Positions 52,020 to 64,000 of a DNA stretch of 64,000 nt are shown piece by piece. Positions within the stretch are counted from its first letter, which is position 1, and each line of letters begins with the position of its first letter. A program made the translations under genes and the position numbers. The notes beneath the pieces are model-generated. The model saw only the letters and a program-made list of their open reading frames with translations. It ran no database searches and was not told where the DNA came from. Source of the stretch: Sminthopsis crassicaudata (taxonomy: Eukaryota); the NCBI RefSeq assembly GCF_048593235.1, contig NC_133620.1, positions 372,339,261-372,403,260 of the forward strand. Reading direction: 5' to 3'.

Positions 52020-52657
52020 AAATAACCAGTTTATAAAGTCATACCAGTGCAGTGACTTAGTGCCTATATCACAACCGTTTTCCTTAGCCATGTCTTGATA
52101 AGGGCAAAGCAGTGTACACCAAACACAAATCTCAACAGGGCTTGGTTTAAATATAACACCCTACCTCCCATCTGCTCTTTTCATTCCACAACTTTATAAA
52201 TGACATGTCCATGGGCTATCTAGAGTCCCCATCCATACAGATAGGATAGGGGCTTTGTGGTTTCCATTGCTAACATCATAAGAGTCCCTCCCCCACTCCC
52301 ATTAACGTATTTAGGATAAAACTGACTTTGGGAAAGGGCAAAAAAAAAAAAAAAAAAAAACCATGATCAAAAACAGGTTGGGCTAAGGAGGAAGTAACAC
52401 ACAGAGAGGAAAAATATGTGGATTCAACTCCATAAAAATGCTATTACAGAGGGAAAGACGGCCTCATGGAACTTTAGTTCTAAGAGACCAGAAGAATAAG
52501 CTAAGGAGATCACCAGGTACCCATTTCAAGAATTCTGGGTACAATGATCTTGATGCTGCCCAGTGCAACTTTCTCTCTTGTCCTGGGGAAATTCCTGGGT
52601 ACTGAGACTGAAGTCTCCTACTGGAACCATGTTGGCTATGGCTATCCACAAATCTAA

Positions 52658-52856
52658 TCAGAGAGTGCTCTCTAATGTGTTGTAGTTATCCTTAAAACTC
52701 TTCAGTTCTAGGAAGTGCTTTGCTCTTTTACTCTTCTGGCTGGAGGGCAGATAGGTGACCTGGATGGTTGTTGGAGAGGAAACTTCAGGAGACTGTGTTA
52801 GATCCTTAGCTGCTGATTGATGCTGACGCTGGGAGTTCCCACCACGGACTTTGACA
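52658..52856 (-). CDS. C1orf43: C1orf43 exon 7, coding part to stop
   Basis: VKVRGGNSQRQHQSAAKDLTQSPEVSSPTTIQVTYLPSSQKSKRAKHFLELKSFKDNYNTLESTL*; seven exons total 765 nt = 254 aa + stop. Confidence 0.96.
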
Positions 52857-54806
52857 CTGAAGAATCCAAGGAGAGAATAAGTTATGAGCAACATTAAGAG
52901 AAAAGAAAGATCATGGGTCAGGGCTCATTTGACTGAAGTATAAACCAATGGTCTGTGCCACCAAATATCTATACCAGTTGCTAAAATTTAACCTAACTTT
53001 CACAGAGCCTTTTTTTTTATTTTTTTTTTCTAATATACCCCTACCAATTTTTGTTTATTACAAAAAACTTTGAATCAAACACTCCCTTCCCATTCAAATA
53101 ACCAGGATCTCAAGCATTCTACTTTTCCAGTATTCACAGCACATTCTTTCCCCCTCCATTTATTCTATAGTTCATTCAGACTTGAGTTGTGGTTCCTCAA
53201 CAACACTTTGTATCCTAAGTCTGTACTGCATTAGCTATTCCCAAGGGTGAAATGCTCTCCCTTCTTTCTTCCTCTTGTTAGAATCTCTTGTTTCCTTCAA
53301 AACTCAGTTCAAGTATCATTTTCTTTCTATATGAAGCTTTTCTAGAGCCCTCCAAGCTGCCAGCCCCCATTTCCCAAAACTATCTTAAGTCTGGTCCACA
53401 TACTGTATGTAAATTCTATCCAATAGAATGTAAACTTTTTTGGGGCATTGTTCCATTTTTGTCGTTGTATATCCTTTTTAGTGCTAGCAATGCTTGGCAC
53501 ACAAAAGGCATTCAATTAACACTTATGGAATGAGGGCCATAAGAGATAGATATTATTAGGTCATTTAGATTCCTATCTGATGAGGCACAAGAAAAAGTGA
53601 TTTGTCCAAAATAACATACATAATAAACCCATATACAACTGAATCCAAATCCAGTTCTCTTTCCACTTAATGTCTCTCTATCTGCAATAAGCACATTCAA
53701 GAGTCCCTTTATCAGATAGAATTTATGAAAACAATACAAAAAGAAAACTAAACTCAGTAGGTTCAAGAGAATGAATTTTATAGGTTTGCTGACATTTATT
53801 AGACTTGCTGCTTGATTTCCATTAATCTTTTATCTTTTATTTGTGATAACTGTGTTCTTTTAAAGAACAAAACAATTCTTTTCAAGAGACCAAAAAAAGA
53901 AAGAAGGTAAGAGATATGCAATCCTTTTCTGTCCTTTAGGAAAGATCCAAATTAAATTTTAAGATAGAAGGGAACTTAATTTATTTCTTTATATAGTTAG
54001 CTCTATATTATCAATGCTAATTTAAAATCTTAAGAGTTATTTATCATTACCACCTGGAACATTTCATTTGAACATTTGTATGAGTCTAAACATAACCAAA
54101 CTAAATCTAGAGTGTATAAGGGGAACAGGATATTCCAAACCAATCAAGAAGAAATCAACCAAACTTTGGAGTTCTCTTCTCTAAAATAACCAAAGCTTAA
54201 TTATGATGTTTTTTTCTCTTGAGTCTAATGGGATTGCTACTGGCGGATTAGATACTAAGGATGGCTGTGATTTAAGTTGGAACTATGATAAGAATAAAAA
54301 AAGACAAGCAATAATCCTAAGGGTCCTAGGGAATAGGGAATTATACTGAACTAAATTAAATAAAGGTTTGTGTGCCTGGGTTAGGGGAATTTTTCTTTAG
54401 CTTGAAAAATAGGTTTTATTCTGAGATGAGAGAAAGGAAGAAAGGAGCAGTTTGGAATAATACAAAACACTGACTTTGTAAATGGGAAGACTTGGGTTTG
54501 AATCTTAGGTCTATTATTTGGTCAAGTCACTTCTGCAAGTCTCTTTATTTGTCAAATGAAGGGGTTAGATCAAATAATTACTAAGGTGCTTTTCAGTTCT
54601 GAGTTGTATATAAAAATACATAAAGATACAACTCTGAGTTGCTTGGCATCACAGGTATTTCATCTGCTTTATTTTTGGGTGATGGTCCCATCCTAGTGTC
54701 AATCCAGTACTGTTGAATCCTCTAACATATATTGAGAGAAAAAAAGAAAGAAAAAAAGAGGAACATGAAACCAGCCCCACTTTGACATGTTTTACCCAGG
54801 ACTCAC

Positions 54807-54865
54807 GCGGCAGCCAGTTCACTCAGTGCTTCCTGATAGTGTAGATATTCAGTGTGGCCAAAGAC
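54807..54865 (-). CDS. C1orf43: C1orf43 exon 6 (59 nt)
   Basis: VFGHTEYLHYQEALSELAA(A); donor GTGAGT. Confidence 0.95.
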
Positions 54866-54948
54866 CTGAGGAGGAAAAAGAGGATAACGATCTTTAAAGC
54901 TGCATTTTCTACCCTTCCCACCTGTAGCAGAAAGATCAACTGACTTAC

Positions 54949-55115
54949 GCCTGTTCCATATCGAGCCGTCTCATAGCCATCTAGCAAGGTATCAATGAGA
55001 GCTTTGCGGACACCCTTGAAGGGGGTACTTGTGTTTCGAAGTTCCAACAGATAGGAGCGGAAGTTCTTGCCCATCAGGGAACGAGGATGTCGGCCTTCTG
55101 AATGGAACGGGATCT
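54949..55115 (-). CDS. C1orf43: C1orf43 exon 5 (167 nt)
   Basis: (E)IPFHSEGRHPRSLMGKNFRSYLLELRNTSTPFKGVRKALIDTLLDGYETARYGTG; donor GTAAGT. Confidence 0.96.
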
Positions 55116-55739
55116 CTGAAAAGGCAAGAACATGATAAAAATATTTTTTCCATGTATTTTCTGTCAAGAGAATGCCCCTTCAATTACTTCTAAATTAGTA
55201 ATTTTAGAGTCAGCAACAGAAACCAGACACCCAGGCCTCAAAAACTGTTTGATAATGGTAGCAAATGGTGGATTACATAAATGGGATGACCTATTCCTCA
55301 ACATCATTTATCTATTTTGTGTCCTTTAAGAGTATATGAGCATTTTTTTTTTGTTTTGTTTTTTTAAAGGAAGTATATATATGGATAAACCGGTTACAGC
55401 TTTGGCCCGATCTATTTCTTCCTTTACCTGCTTTTCTGACCACTTCTCAGCCTAATTAGTTATGGGTAATGCAGGATTTAAGAGCCAGGGAATACAAAAT
55501 TCAAGTTAGGGTCCAGAACATAATGATTTGGGATATCTGTTCTTTCATTTTTAAAACACTCCTCTCCCCTACTCCCAGAACTCCTACTTTTGAACTCTAA
55601 GACAATTCCTTCCCCTGAAAATATTTCTCTTTCTCTTAAGTTTTCCTTCATTTCTTTTGGACAAATTCTAGGGCTGGATTAACTATCCTTTGATATGCTT
55701 TTCCTAAGGACCACGTGTTTTTACTTCTAAAGAAGGCAG

Positions 55740-56200
55740 CTAAGATGATTGTTAAGTAGTAGACTAAGAGTCAAGAAACTCAGTTTTTACCATCCACTAT
55801 TTAGCCTATGACCTTTATACAGTCACTTCACATTTCTAACCAAGTTTCCTTATTTATGAAATAAATAAGATTATATGTTCATTCTTTTATAGTGATAACA
55901 TTGTATGAACCCTTAAAGTCATATAACATATAGGTTAAAAAGTAATAACAAGCTAACATTTATGTAGCTCTTTTAAGTTTTGCAAAAAGGTTTATAAATA
56001 TCTCATCTGATTCTTACAACCACCCAAAGTAGCAGATGTTATTATTATTTCCATTTTACCGAGGAAGCTAAGGCTGGAGAATATTAAGTGACTTGCTCAG
56101 ACTCATAGTTTTCTAAGTGTTTGAAAATGAATTTGAACTGATTTTTCTGACTCCAAGAACAGTGCTCTATCCACTAGGTCACCTATCTGGCTTTGTCTTA
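55740..56200. mobile_element. Two adjacent MIR SINEs in opposite orientations
   Basis: plus head/core at about 55740-55930 and minus core ccattttaccgaggaagctaaggct..aagtgacttgctcag; approximate. Confidence 0.55.
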
Positions 56201-56497
56201 ATCTGAGCTGAAAGAGAAATAAGAAAATTCCTACTTCCAGCCTACTTCCAAAAAACAAAACAGAAACAAAAAGCAATCACTGGCAAAATATCTCTAAAGA
56301 GACTTCGTTTCCTTATTAACTCATTTCCCTAATGGAAGGAAACCTTCTCTATACTCACAGGAGTTCCTAACACAGGTCTGTCCAAGTATAAAGAAACCAT
56401 AATTATTTTTATCTCCATGATGTGAGTCTTAAATTTCTTCTCTATCTGGAGAATCAGAATTCCTGAAGTGACCTCCCCATACATGATTGATCCTTAC

Positions 56498-56551
56498 CAG
56501 AGGCACGAATGGCATCCAATGCTTTCATCCTGTACAGGTAATTGTAGCAAT
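56498..56551 (-). CDS. C1orf43: C1orf43 exon 4 (54 nt)
   Basis: (H)CYNYLYRMKALDAIRAS; donor GTAAGG. Confidence 0.95.
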
Positions 56552-56749
56552 CTGTAAAGATAATTACTTGAATCAGTAATACCACTCCCATCAGCCCCAC
56601 ACCACAATCCTCTCATTATTAAATTTGCTTTCTCAGATTTTCTAGCATCTCCCTCAGCCCCCAGAAAATAAAATTCTGAGCCCGCCAGCATTCCCCTCCC
56701 TTGACTTCCCAAATTTACTCATTCCCAAGATGGAAAACTCGCCCCATAC

Positions 56750-56867
56750 GTTGATTTCCTGGTGTCTCCAACTGCAAAAGTCTAGCATCATCCTCTTCAA
56801 GAAGCTGGGGTTCATACTTTACATCCTGGACCTTGGATAGTCGGATGTCAATCTCTTCCTTCAGATC
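56750..56867 (-). CDS. C1orf43: C1orf43 exon 3 (118 nt)
   Basis: DLKEEIDIRLSKVQDVKYEPQLLEEDDARLLQLETPGNQ; donor GTATGG. Confidence 0.95.
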
Positions 56868-57228
56868 CTGCTCCCATGGAGAAGAAAAAGCTTAGAAAAA
56901 TGTTATCTCTTCGGTTTGGCTTATTCTCTACCTCCCACCAACTTGAAAATGCAGTAACCTCTAGGGAAGGCCATAAACAACGGGGTCAGGAACAGGAAGC
57001 GAACACAGATCCTGACTGCTGGTCTGTGGCTTCAACACCCAGAGCCCCAAGCCATCCAGAACCACTCAGCACTGGCACTGAGCAACCAGATACCCACACA
57101 CAGGGGATCAGAATTCCACACATCCAAATTAGAGGAGGTTGATAGACCGTAAGTAGATTAAAAGACATAGCCCAGAGATCGAGAAACTCCTACCCCACGA
57201 CGGAAACATGGCTGGAGAAGAAACCCAC

Positions 57229-57330
57229 CTTGGGGGCGTTGTGCCCCACGGGGACGTGAGGGCCTCTTCGAGACTTCATAGCAAATCGCATGATCTGCCT
57301 CTTCACAAAAATGAACAGCAGCACGAATAC
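57229..57330 (-). CDS. C1orf43: C1orf43 exon 2 (102 nt)
   Basis: VFVLLFIFVKRQIMRFAMKSRRGPHVPVGHNAPK. Confidence 0.96.
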
Positions 57331-57570
57331 CTGGCGGGAAAGATGGGCGAGAAGGCGGCTGCCGAGAGGCTCTGAGATCCCCGTTGAGCCCCGCGGCAGC
57401 TCCGGCTCCTTGCCCCCCCAATTCGGGTTTCCGGAGAAGCAGGCTTGGGTCTTTCCTTGGGGTGGGGGGGGCGGGTCAGCAAGCTGGGGGCGCCCGCACG
57501 AGAGGAGCTGGGAGTGGGCGTGGATGGCCGGCCTCGGGGCTGGTCCCGGGGGCGGGGGTCGTCTCCTCAC

Positions 57571-57636
57571 CAAGCTCCCGTAGGCCATCACCAGCACAAC
57601 ATTCACTCCCGACAGCCAGTTACTGCCGGACGCCAT
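57571..57636 (-). CDS. C1orf43: C1orf43 (NICE-3) exon 1 coding part (66 nt)
   Basis: ggccATGG Kozak; MASGSNWLSGVNVVLVMAYGSL|GTGAGG. Confidence 0.96.
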
Positions 57637-58121
57637 GGCCTCCCTCCAGCTTCGTTAGCTCGGGCTCCGTAGTAGCGACGGCCCTAGGTTTCTTTGGTGC
57701 TCCTTGGCCATTTCTTATGGGGGAAGCCAAAGCCGGGCCCTGTCAGAAAACATGGCGGCCGGGGGGGAGCACGGGGCACTGGGGCTGGGGGGGGGGGGGT
57801 GGTCTGAGGACGGGAAGGGAAAGAGGGCGGAGGGAAGCGTGACGAGTTCCTCTTCTCCCTTGGCACGTGACACTGGCAAGATGGAAAGAGAAAGCCCGTG
57901 AGAGGAAGGCGGGCCTCCGAGGCTAGAAGGAAAAGGAGGGCTTGAGCAGGTCACGTGACCGGAGGAGGCCGTCTCACGAATCTGGAGAAGGTGGCTCGTG
58001 GCAGGACGACGGGCGCGCGCGTCTTTGCGTGTCACGTGCTGAGGGAGGAAGGAAGGAGAGTGGGAGGGGAAAGGCGCGAGAACGAGCGCGAGAGGAAAAA
58101 GAGGGGGGGGTGGAGAGAGAA

Positions 58122-58293
58122 NNNNNNNNNNNNNNNNNNNNNNNNNNNNNNNNNNNNNNNNNNNNNNNNNNNNNNNNNNNNNNNNNNNNNNNNNNNNNNN
58201 NNNNNNNNNNNNNNNNNNNNNNNNNNNNNNNNNNNNNNNNNNNNNNNNNNNNNNNNNNNNNNNNNNNNNNNNNNNNNNNNNNNNNNNNNNNNN
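58122..58293. other. Assembly gap (172 N) in the UBAP2L 5' region
   Basis: run of N. Confidence 1.
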
Positions 58294-61200
58294 CTTTCTC
58301 TCCTCCCGCCGTGGCCCCTTCTCCCAGCAGCTGCCCCCCCCACCTCGCGCGGTGCGGGCTTCCCCTCCCCCCCTCCGCGCGCTGTGCCCCCCCCTCCAGT
58401 CGCGCGGGCCCCAGGCTCCCCCACCTCCCCCACCCCCGCCACTCTGGGCCAGCCGCCGGGGTTTTGTTTATGGTCGGGCTTGCGGCCTACTGGGCCGCGC
58501 CGGAGCCGGGGCCTAGATTTGGGAGCGTGGCCGGGCGGGGCGCGGGGTGGCCGGGGGGGGCCATGCGGCTCGGGCCTGGGGGGTGGAGAGAGCGCGAGGG
58601 AGCGAGCGCGGTCTGGGCCGGGCCTGAGGTAGGGCTCCCCTTTCTTCCCTCTTTATAACCCTGTTCCTGAAGAGAAGGCCGCGGGGGGGGTATTGGGGGC
58701 CGCGGCATTCTCCCCCTCCAGCCTTAGGATCTCCATGGGGCCTCTTCTCTACCGAGTTAGGACTAAGCCAGGGTTTGAGCAAGGAGAGATCTGAGGAGTC
58801 GTGGGACGAAGTAACCCACGCCCCTTACTTTATTTCCTTATGGGTTTTTTATTTTGAGTGCAAAGAATTAATCTTTTGGGGAGAAGTGGGCGATTGGTCC
58901 TACTGGCTCCCCGTGTATCTCTCGGACTGAAATCTCCACTCGTCGGTCCCCCGCCCTGTTTTCTTCTCCACTCCTAGCCCCTTTGTCAACTGCTCTGGTT
59001 GCTCTTCTCACTTTGTCTCCTCTTCTGGATTTTTGAAAGCATTTTAATTAATACCTTTCATCTCTTTGCCCAGTGGGTCCTGAGTACTTTCAACAATCAA
59101 AAGCATGTGGGGGAGCTTGACCTCACTGCTTTAAGTCCCTTGGGTATATTGCACTGGAGCATCGACTGTCTTTATCACTGTGTTCTCAATTGAGTTCAAG
59201 AAATGTTCATTAGCCGTACTATGTGCAAAGCATTTCCCATAATGGGGCACAAATTCCAAATTTATCAAGTTCTTTCACCTTGTGGAGAGTTCCCAGATTG
59301 CCTTGAAAACTAATGCAGTAACCAATTTGCTTGAAACAGCTATCTCTTAGGTGGGATATTAGGAAAAGAAAAAGCACAGTTATAGGCAGTTTTTTGCCTT
59401 AGGAAATCCTTGATTATTAGTCTAGTAATGCTAAAGAGGTCTCCCCTTTCCCCTTGTATCCTGGCTTTGGGAAACGTAATGTACTTGTGCTGAGACATTC
59501 AGTCCAGATTGACATTCTTCATTACTACAGAATTAACATGGTTAGCATCTTAATAGTTACTTTGTTGTCTAGTTTAGGTGCCTGGTTTTAATATGAGCCA
59601 AGCTTTTCAATGGAGTTGGTTGCTTCCAAAATGGAAGAATTCTATTTCTAATTAGCTGAGTTTTGTGGACTAATGAAAAGGTTGTGAAAAAAGTTCTAAG
59701 TTTTTAAAGGTGTGTTAAGCGTACCTTTAGAGTGAGATATTTTACCTTGTCAGAGAGAGATTGTGGGGAAAATAACATAGTCAGGTGGTCAGCTACTTAT
59801 GAATTATAGTTCACATTAGAAGCAAAAAAATGTATCTGCCAGGCTCTACTGTGGTCTTCTCTGAATTGTTGCACTTAGTTTAGTGCACTCATAGCACTTA
59901 TTTTCTAATTGCATTTTGTATCTACAATTAGATTGTGAGCTTGAGGGCAGGAACCATGTCTCATTCTACTTTTGTTTACCCCATGGTACTGGACATATAG
60001 GTATGCAAATAAATGCTTGTTGATCGATTGATTTCAGTAAAAAGAAAATATATATTTTTAACCTTTCAATGGCTGTTTTTTTTAAGTTGGTGGTTTTACA
60101 AAGAAAGTTTCATTGCTCCTTTGAAAATTGCACTCTTCCTACTGATATGCTATTCTTTTATTTCTCCTCTTCCCTCTCCATCAGTACATCCTTATAGTCT
60201 AAGAAAGGCAGTATATAAGATAGGTCTTTTGTTCCCTGCCTACCGTGGGTGTGTTTGCCTGCCTACTACTAGAAGATACCATGTCTTGTATTGCAAGTAA
60301 TCCTTTAGCTCAGTTGCTTCCTGCTGACCTTGCTCATTTGTTTTGCAAGTTGTATCAATCACATTTTACCAGGCATTTGTAAGTAAGATAAGGGAATTCA
60401 GTCTGGGGTGATCAAAAGAATGTCTTAAATGATATCCAGATCTGTAATGTTTTTCCATTAAGTGTTCCAAAGAATAAGTCCAGACAATTAGGCAAATAGC
60501 TGTAACTATGCAATATTATTGTGTAGCTTGCATATGGTCTCTTAACTTATCTTTTCAAATTGAAATCAAATGTGTGGTGGAAGGAAGTCAACATTTAGAA
60601 ATTGTAGGTTGAGATGGGAAGTGCCAACTCATTAAATTAGAAACCTGAAACTAGCCAATTTTAAAATATAACCAATATGAATACTTTTGTTGTCTTGATA
60701 TGACTTTATCTTCATTGCTATTTTGCACTCAGTGGTGGTTAGTTAAGTGATATTAGCGTTTTTGTAGATGGAATGTTAAAACTTGACTGTGATGCCAGTT
60801 TAGAGAAACAGACTACTGTGTAACATATAGTCTGTACTCCCTTAACATATTTGTATTGTTATTGTTATTAAATTTGCTATCTAACTCTCCCTTAAAATGT
60901 TCCCTAAAGGCTTAACTACTTTTATGGAAATGGAAGAAAGTGAAACTTTTAATGACATTGTAATAAACAAGGATGTATGTAACCATAGTGTCACAAATTT
61001 GTAAAAAAAAAAAAAAAAAAAAAAAACTTGTCCCAAATAAATTGTTTTATTAGCATTTCAAAGAGAAGTATCCTTCTGTGGACTATCCAAGAAAATGAAA
61101 GAGGTAAAATATCAGATCCTCATTACCAAATTCAGTATCCTATTTGTAACCATATTGTATCAATTACAGGAACTCAGAATTGACTAATGTAAATTTCCAT

Positions 61201-62066
61201 TAAACAAAAATTATATGGATTAGACTTTTTCCAAACTTACTAGAAAAGTGAGCACTTTTAAGAATAAAGTAGTGGCAAAATACCTTGCTCTCAAGAAAAG
61301 TTTTTTTTTTTTTTTTTGTTTAAAAACATCAGCTGAAGTTGCATTACAAGCTAAATGCATGCTTGGTACTTCAGTTGTACTGTTTCTTGTTAGAATTAAT
61401 TTTATATTCAGATTAGGGTGAACTTCCAATATGCTATTCTGTAACTCCTATCTATGTAGTCATAAGATGATTTTACATTGCTTCCCCTTACAAGTAAGAC
61501 ATTGTGTTGGGTGCTTTGGGCTTTAGCTAATTCTGCAGTTTTGGGATGTTCTGCTTCAGAAGAGCTGTGGAAGATAATAATGGCAGTTGTGAGCCCTAAG
61601 AGTTGAGGATTTGTTGACCAGCAGGTTAGATGGAGGAGCAGCTGCAAAGACAAGAAACAAGGATTCCTGCTGGGGGGAGTTGGGATTCCATGCAAAGTCA
61701 TTGGAATTAATGCCTCTTTTGGAAGGCTCTAGTTTAAAAAAAAAAAAAAAAAAAAAAAGCAAAGCTTCCATATTATGTGTACAGATAAAAATTTAAAGGG
61801 GGTTAGGGGTATTAGAGAGATTTCAGAGATAAAGTCTATGTATTTCTTTAGATAGGAATTCTTTGAACAGATTTCCTTAGTATGTGTTTGGATTAGTTAT
61901 CTTCTTCATAGAAGATCTCTACTTTTACTTTTTATAGTTCTCTATAGTGTAAAGGGGTTAGTGATCCCTTCATAGAAGATCTCTACTTATTACTCTTTAT
62001 AATTCTGTAGCGTAAAAAGCATTTGAACAGACTCTTATCTGTTTGAAAGGGTTTTGAATCTTAAGG

Positions 62067-62070
<4 letters not shown>

Positions 62071-62136
<66 letters not shown>
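62071..62136. repeat. (TG)33 microsatellite
   Basis: perfect dinucleotide run. Confidence 0.98.
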
Positions 62137-62138
<2 letters not shown>

Positions 62139-62505
62139 AATTAGCAGGTTGTATTGGCTTACAGATAGCCCCACTTGTCAAGGACTAGTAGAACTGGAAT
62201 GAGCTGGTAACTTTTTTGTACTTTTTATATGGCTGCCCATCGTCAAGCAAATAATAAAAGCCATGATCTCTTAAGATGCTTATCAGTCTAAATATGATCT
62301 TTCTTTGAAAGCAGATATTCTCTTGGTTTGATGTGCCTAGAGAAGAATGATAAGAGTTGTGGGTGTTTTTTTGATTTTGTTTTTTTAAGGGCAGTGAGGA
62401 GAGTGATAAATATATTCTGATCACTTTTGATTTCTAATAAAAAAATTTTTTTTTAAATCTTTCAGCATTCTACCTTGTAAATACTGTTATTTGTATATAC
62501 TGTAA

Positions 62506-62595
62506 ATGATGACATCAGTGGGCACTAACCGAGCCCGGGGAAACTGGGAGCAGACACAGACACAGAACCAGACACAGCACAAGCAGAGGCCACAG
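62506..62595 (+). CDS. UBAP2L: UBAP2L first coding exon (exon starts 62466, ATG 62506); gene continues off the right edge
   Basis: aatctttcag acceptor; MMTSVGTNRARGNWEQTQTQNQTQHKQRPQ; CAG|GTAAAG. Confidence 0.96.
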
Positions 62596-63676
62596 GTAAA
62601 GAAATCTACAGGAAAGTAGAGTATGAGCAACCTAAATAGCTGATAAAAGCTTTATATCCTGCATAGCTTCATTCTGTGTTTTTTTTTTTTTTTTGTTTTG
62701 TTTTTCTGTATTCTGTTTTTCAAGATTAGACCTTAGTCTTTTATTCTCCTGATGCTTTGTTAATATCGTGTGCTGTTACAAAGAACTGCCTTTTTTCTTT
62801 TGCTGTTTAATGTTGCTGGGTGAGGCTTTGAGAAAAGGGATTATGTGACTTTTGTCTTTGGAGACCCCTTATGGCTAAAATAGTATCTTCCTAATTTCTT
62901 GTTATTTCCCACTCTTTCCTCATTCTTTAACCCATATATGTCCTTCCATTTTCTCACTCCTGGTTTAATCTGTTCTATCCCTTTTGTCTGGTTGCTTTGG
63001 GGCCTTTGGAAGGTTTATCGGGTTTGGCCTCTTCCCCTGGGGTTCCCAAACTTTATATAGGTTCTTTTGAAGGTTAGTTTAGATGAGCTCTATTTTCAGT
63101 AGCCACTTGGTTATTGATTAGTCTCTACTGTGAGTAAATAAATCAGCTTTTGTTATTAACATGAGTAAATGAATTATATTTCATTATTTAGTTAGAGTAG
63201 ACTTTTGCCCAGAAAGAGTTCCCTTTAGTTTTCTTTTTCACCTCTATTCTCAAGAATCTTCTCAGCAAATGGAGTCTGGTGCTCATTTGAGTTTATCAAG
63301 CAAATCATTTTAGTTCTAAGCACTTTATATTCTTGTAATTATCATTCAAGAGGAAGGCTATTTCTATTCTCAGATCGACTCTGCTATTTCCAACCGTAGA
63401 AAGAAAAAGGCAACCTTGGGGATTGGATGGGCTTTTCTAATAAAAATTACATTTGAGTATACTTTGAAAATTATGACCAAGCTACTTAAGGGGATAGCAT
63501 TTTAGAAATATTTGCTCCTAAGGAGCAAAACCTAAGCAGCTTCCTCTTTTTACTGAAATGACTATTAATGACTACTTCTCTCTCTAAAGTACTCTGTTCA
63601 GTGTTTACCATGCTGCTTCAATGTCAGCATGAACAGGAGCACTAGAACTCAGAAGATTTGGAGTTGAATGCTAAGT

Positions 63677-63839
63677 TTTTGTTTGTTTTTTTTTCTTTTC
63701 TTTTTCTGAGGCTGGGGTTAAGTGACTTGCCCAGGGTCACACAGCTAGGAAGTGTTAAGTGTCTTTAGACCAGATTTGAACTCGAATCCTCCTGAATTCA
63801 AGGCTGGTGCTCTATCCACTGCGCCACCTAGCTGCCCCC
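63677..63839 (-). mobile_element. Young WSINE1-like SINE nested in an older MIR (about 63636-64000)
   Basis: 12-bp TSD tgaatgctaagt at 63665-63676 and 63840-63851; retains CpGs. Confidence 0.88.
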
Positions 63840-64000
63840 TGAATGCTAAGTCTTAATCCTACTTTTTTTTTTTCCCTTTGAGTTTTTGGGCAAGCCAGTT
63901 AACATTTCTGAGCCACAGTTTGTTTTTCTATAAAATTAGGGGTAATAACACCTGCCCTTTCTACCTCATGGTTGTTATGAGAATCAAATGAAACAACATG

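Larger units (their letters stand above)
57150..58950. promoter_or_regulatory. CpG island, bidirectional promoter C1orf43 / UBAP2L
   Basis: dense CpG; YY1-type AAAACATGGCGGCC 57747-57760; three CACGTG boxes 57864-58038; plus-strand donor GAG|GTAGGG at 58628/58629 is a candidate end of a UBAP2L non-coding first exon. Confidence 0.85.

Noticed and set aside
56868-56873. GAGCAG tandem acceptor at C1orf43 exon 3
   Set aside because: GAG is a very poor acceptor; no evidence of use.
57384-58782. Long ORFs (up to 238 aa) in the C1orf43/UBAP2L island
   Set aside because: Low-complexity GC-rich frames, several of them running through the N gap.

Overview
Mammalian genomic DNA, most likely a dasyurid marsupial (inferred from WSINE1-like and MAR1-like CORE-SINEs, marsupial-type L1 3' ends, an OC1-like hAT element and strong CpG depletion). 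Gene order matches my recollection of human 1q21.3. On the minus strand: NUP210L exons 1-3, a complete TPM3 gene with all known alternative exons (1a, 2b, 1b, 3-5, 6a/6b, 7, 8, 9a/9b/9c/9d), MIR190B, CFAP141 (C1orf189) and C1orf43. On the plus strand: the first coding exon of UBAP2L, which shares a CpG-island promoter with C1orf43. Exon phases and lengths close into intact proteins (TPM3 285 aa muscle and 248 aa non-muscle forms, C1orf43 254 aa, CFAP141 116 aa). No wholly new gene system is demonstrable from sequence alone. The best leads are unannotated-looking TPM3 exons (a candidate NMD cassette between 9c and 9d, and three candidate alternative first exons), a predicted host intron for miR-190b, an N-terminally extended CFAP141, a probable horizontally transferred OC1 transposon, and an 18-bp perfect intronic hairpin. 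Two N gaps (15499-15640, 58122-58293) hide part of the TPM3 3'UTR and of the UBAP2L 5' region. Gene and repeat names come from memory of orthologues and consensus sequences, not from database searches; old-repeat boundaries are approximate.
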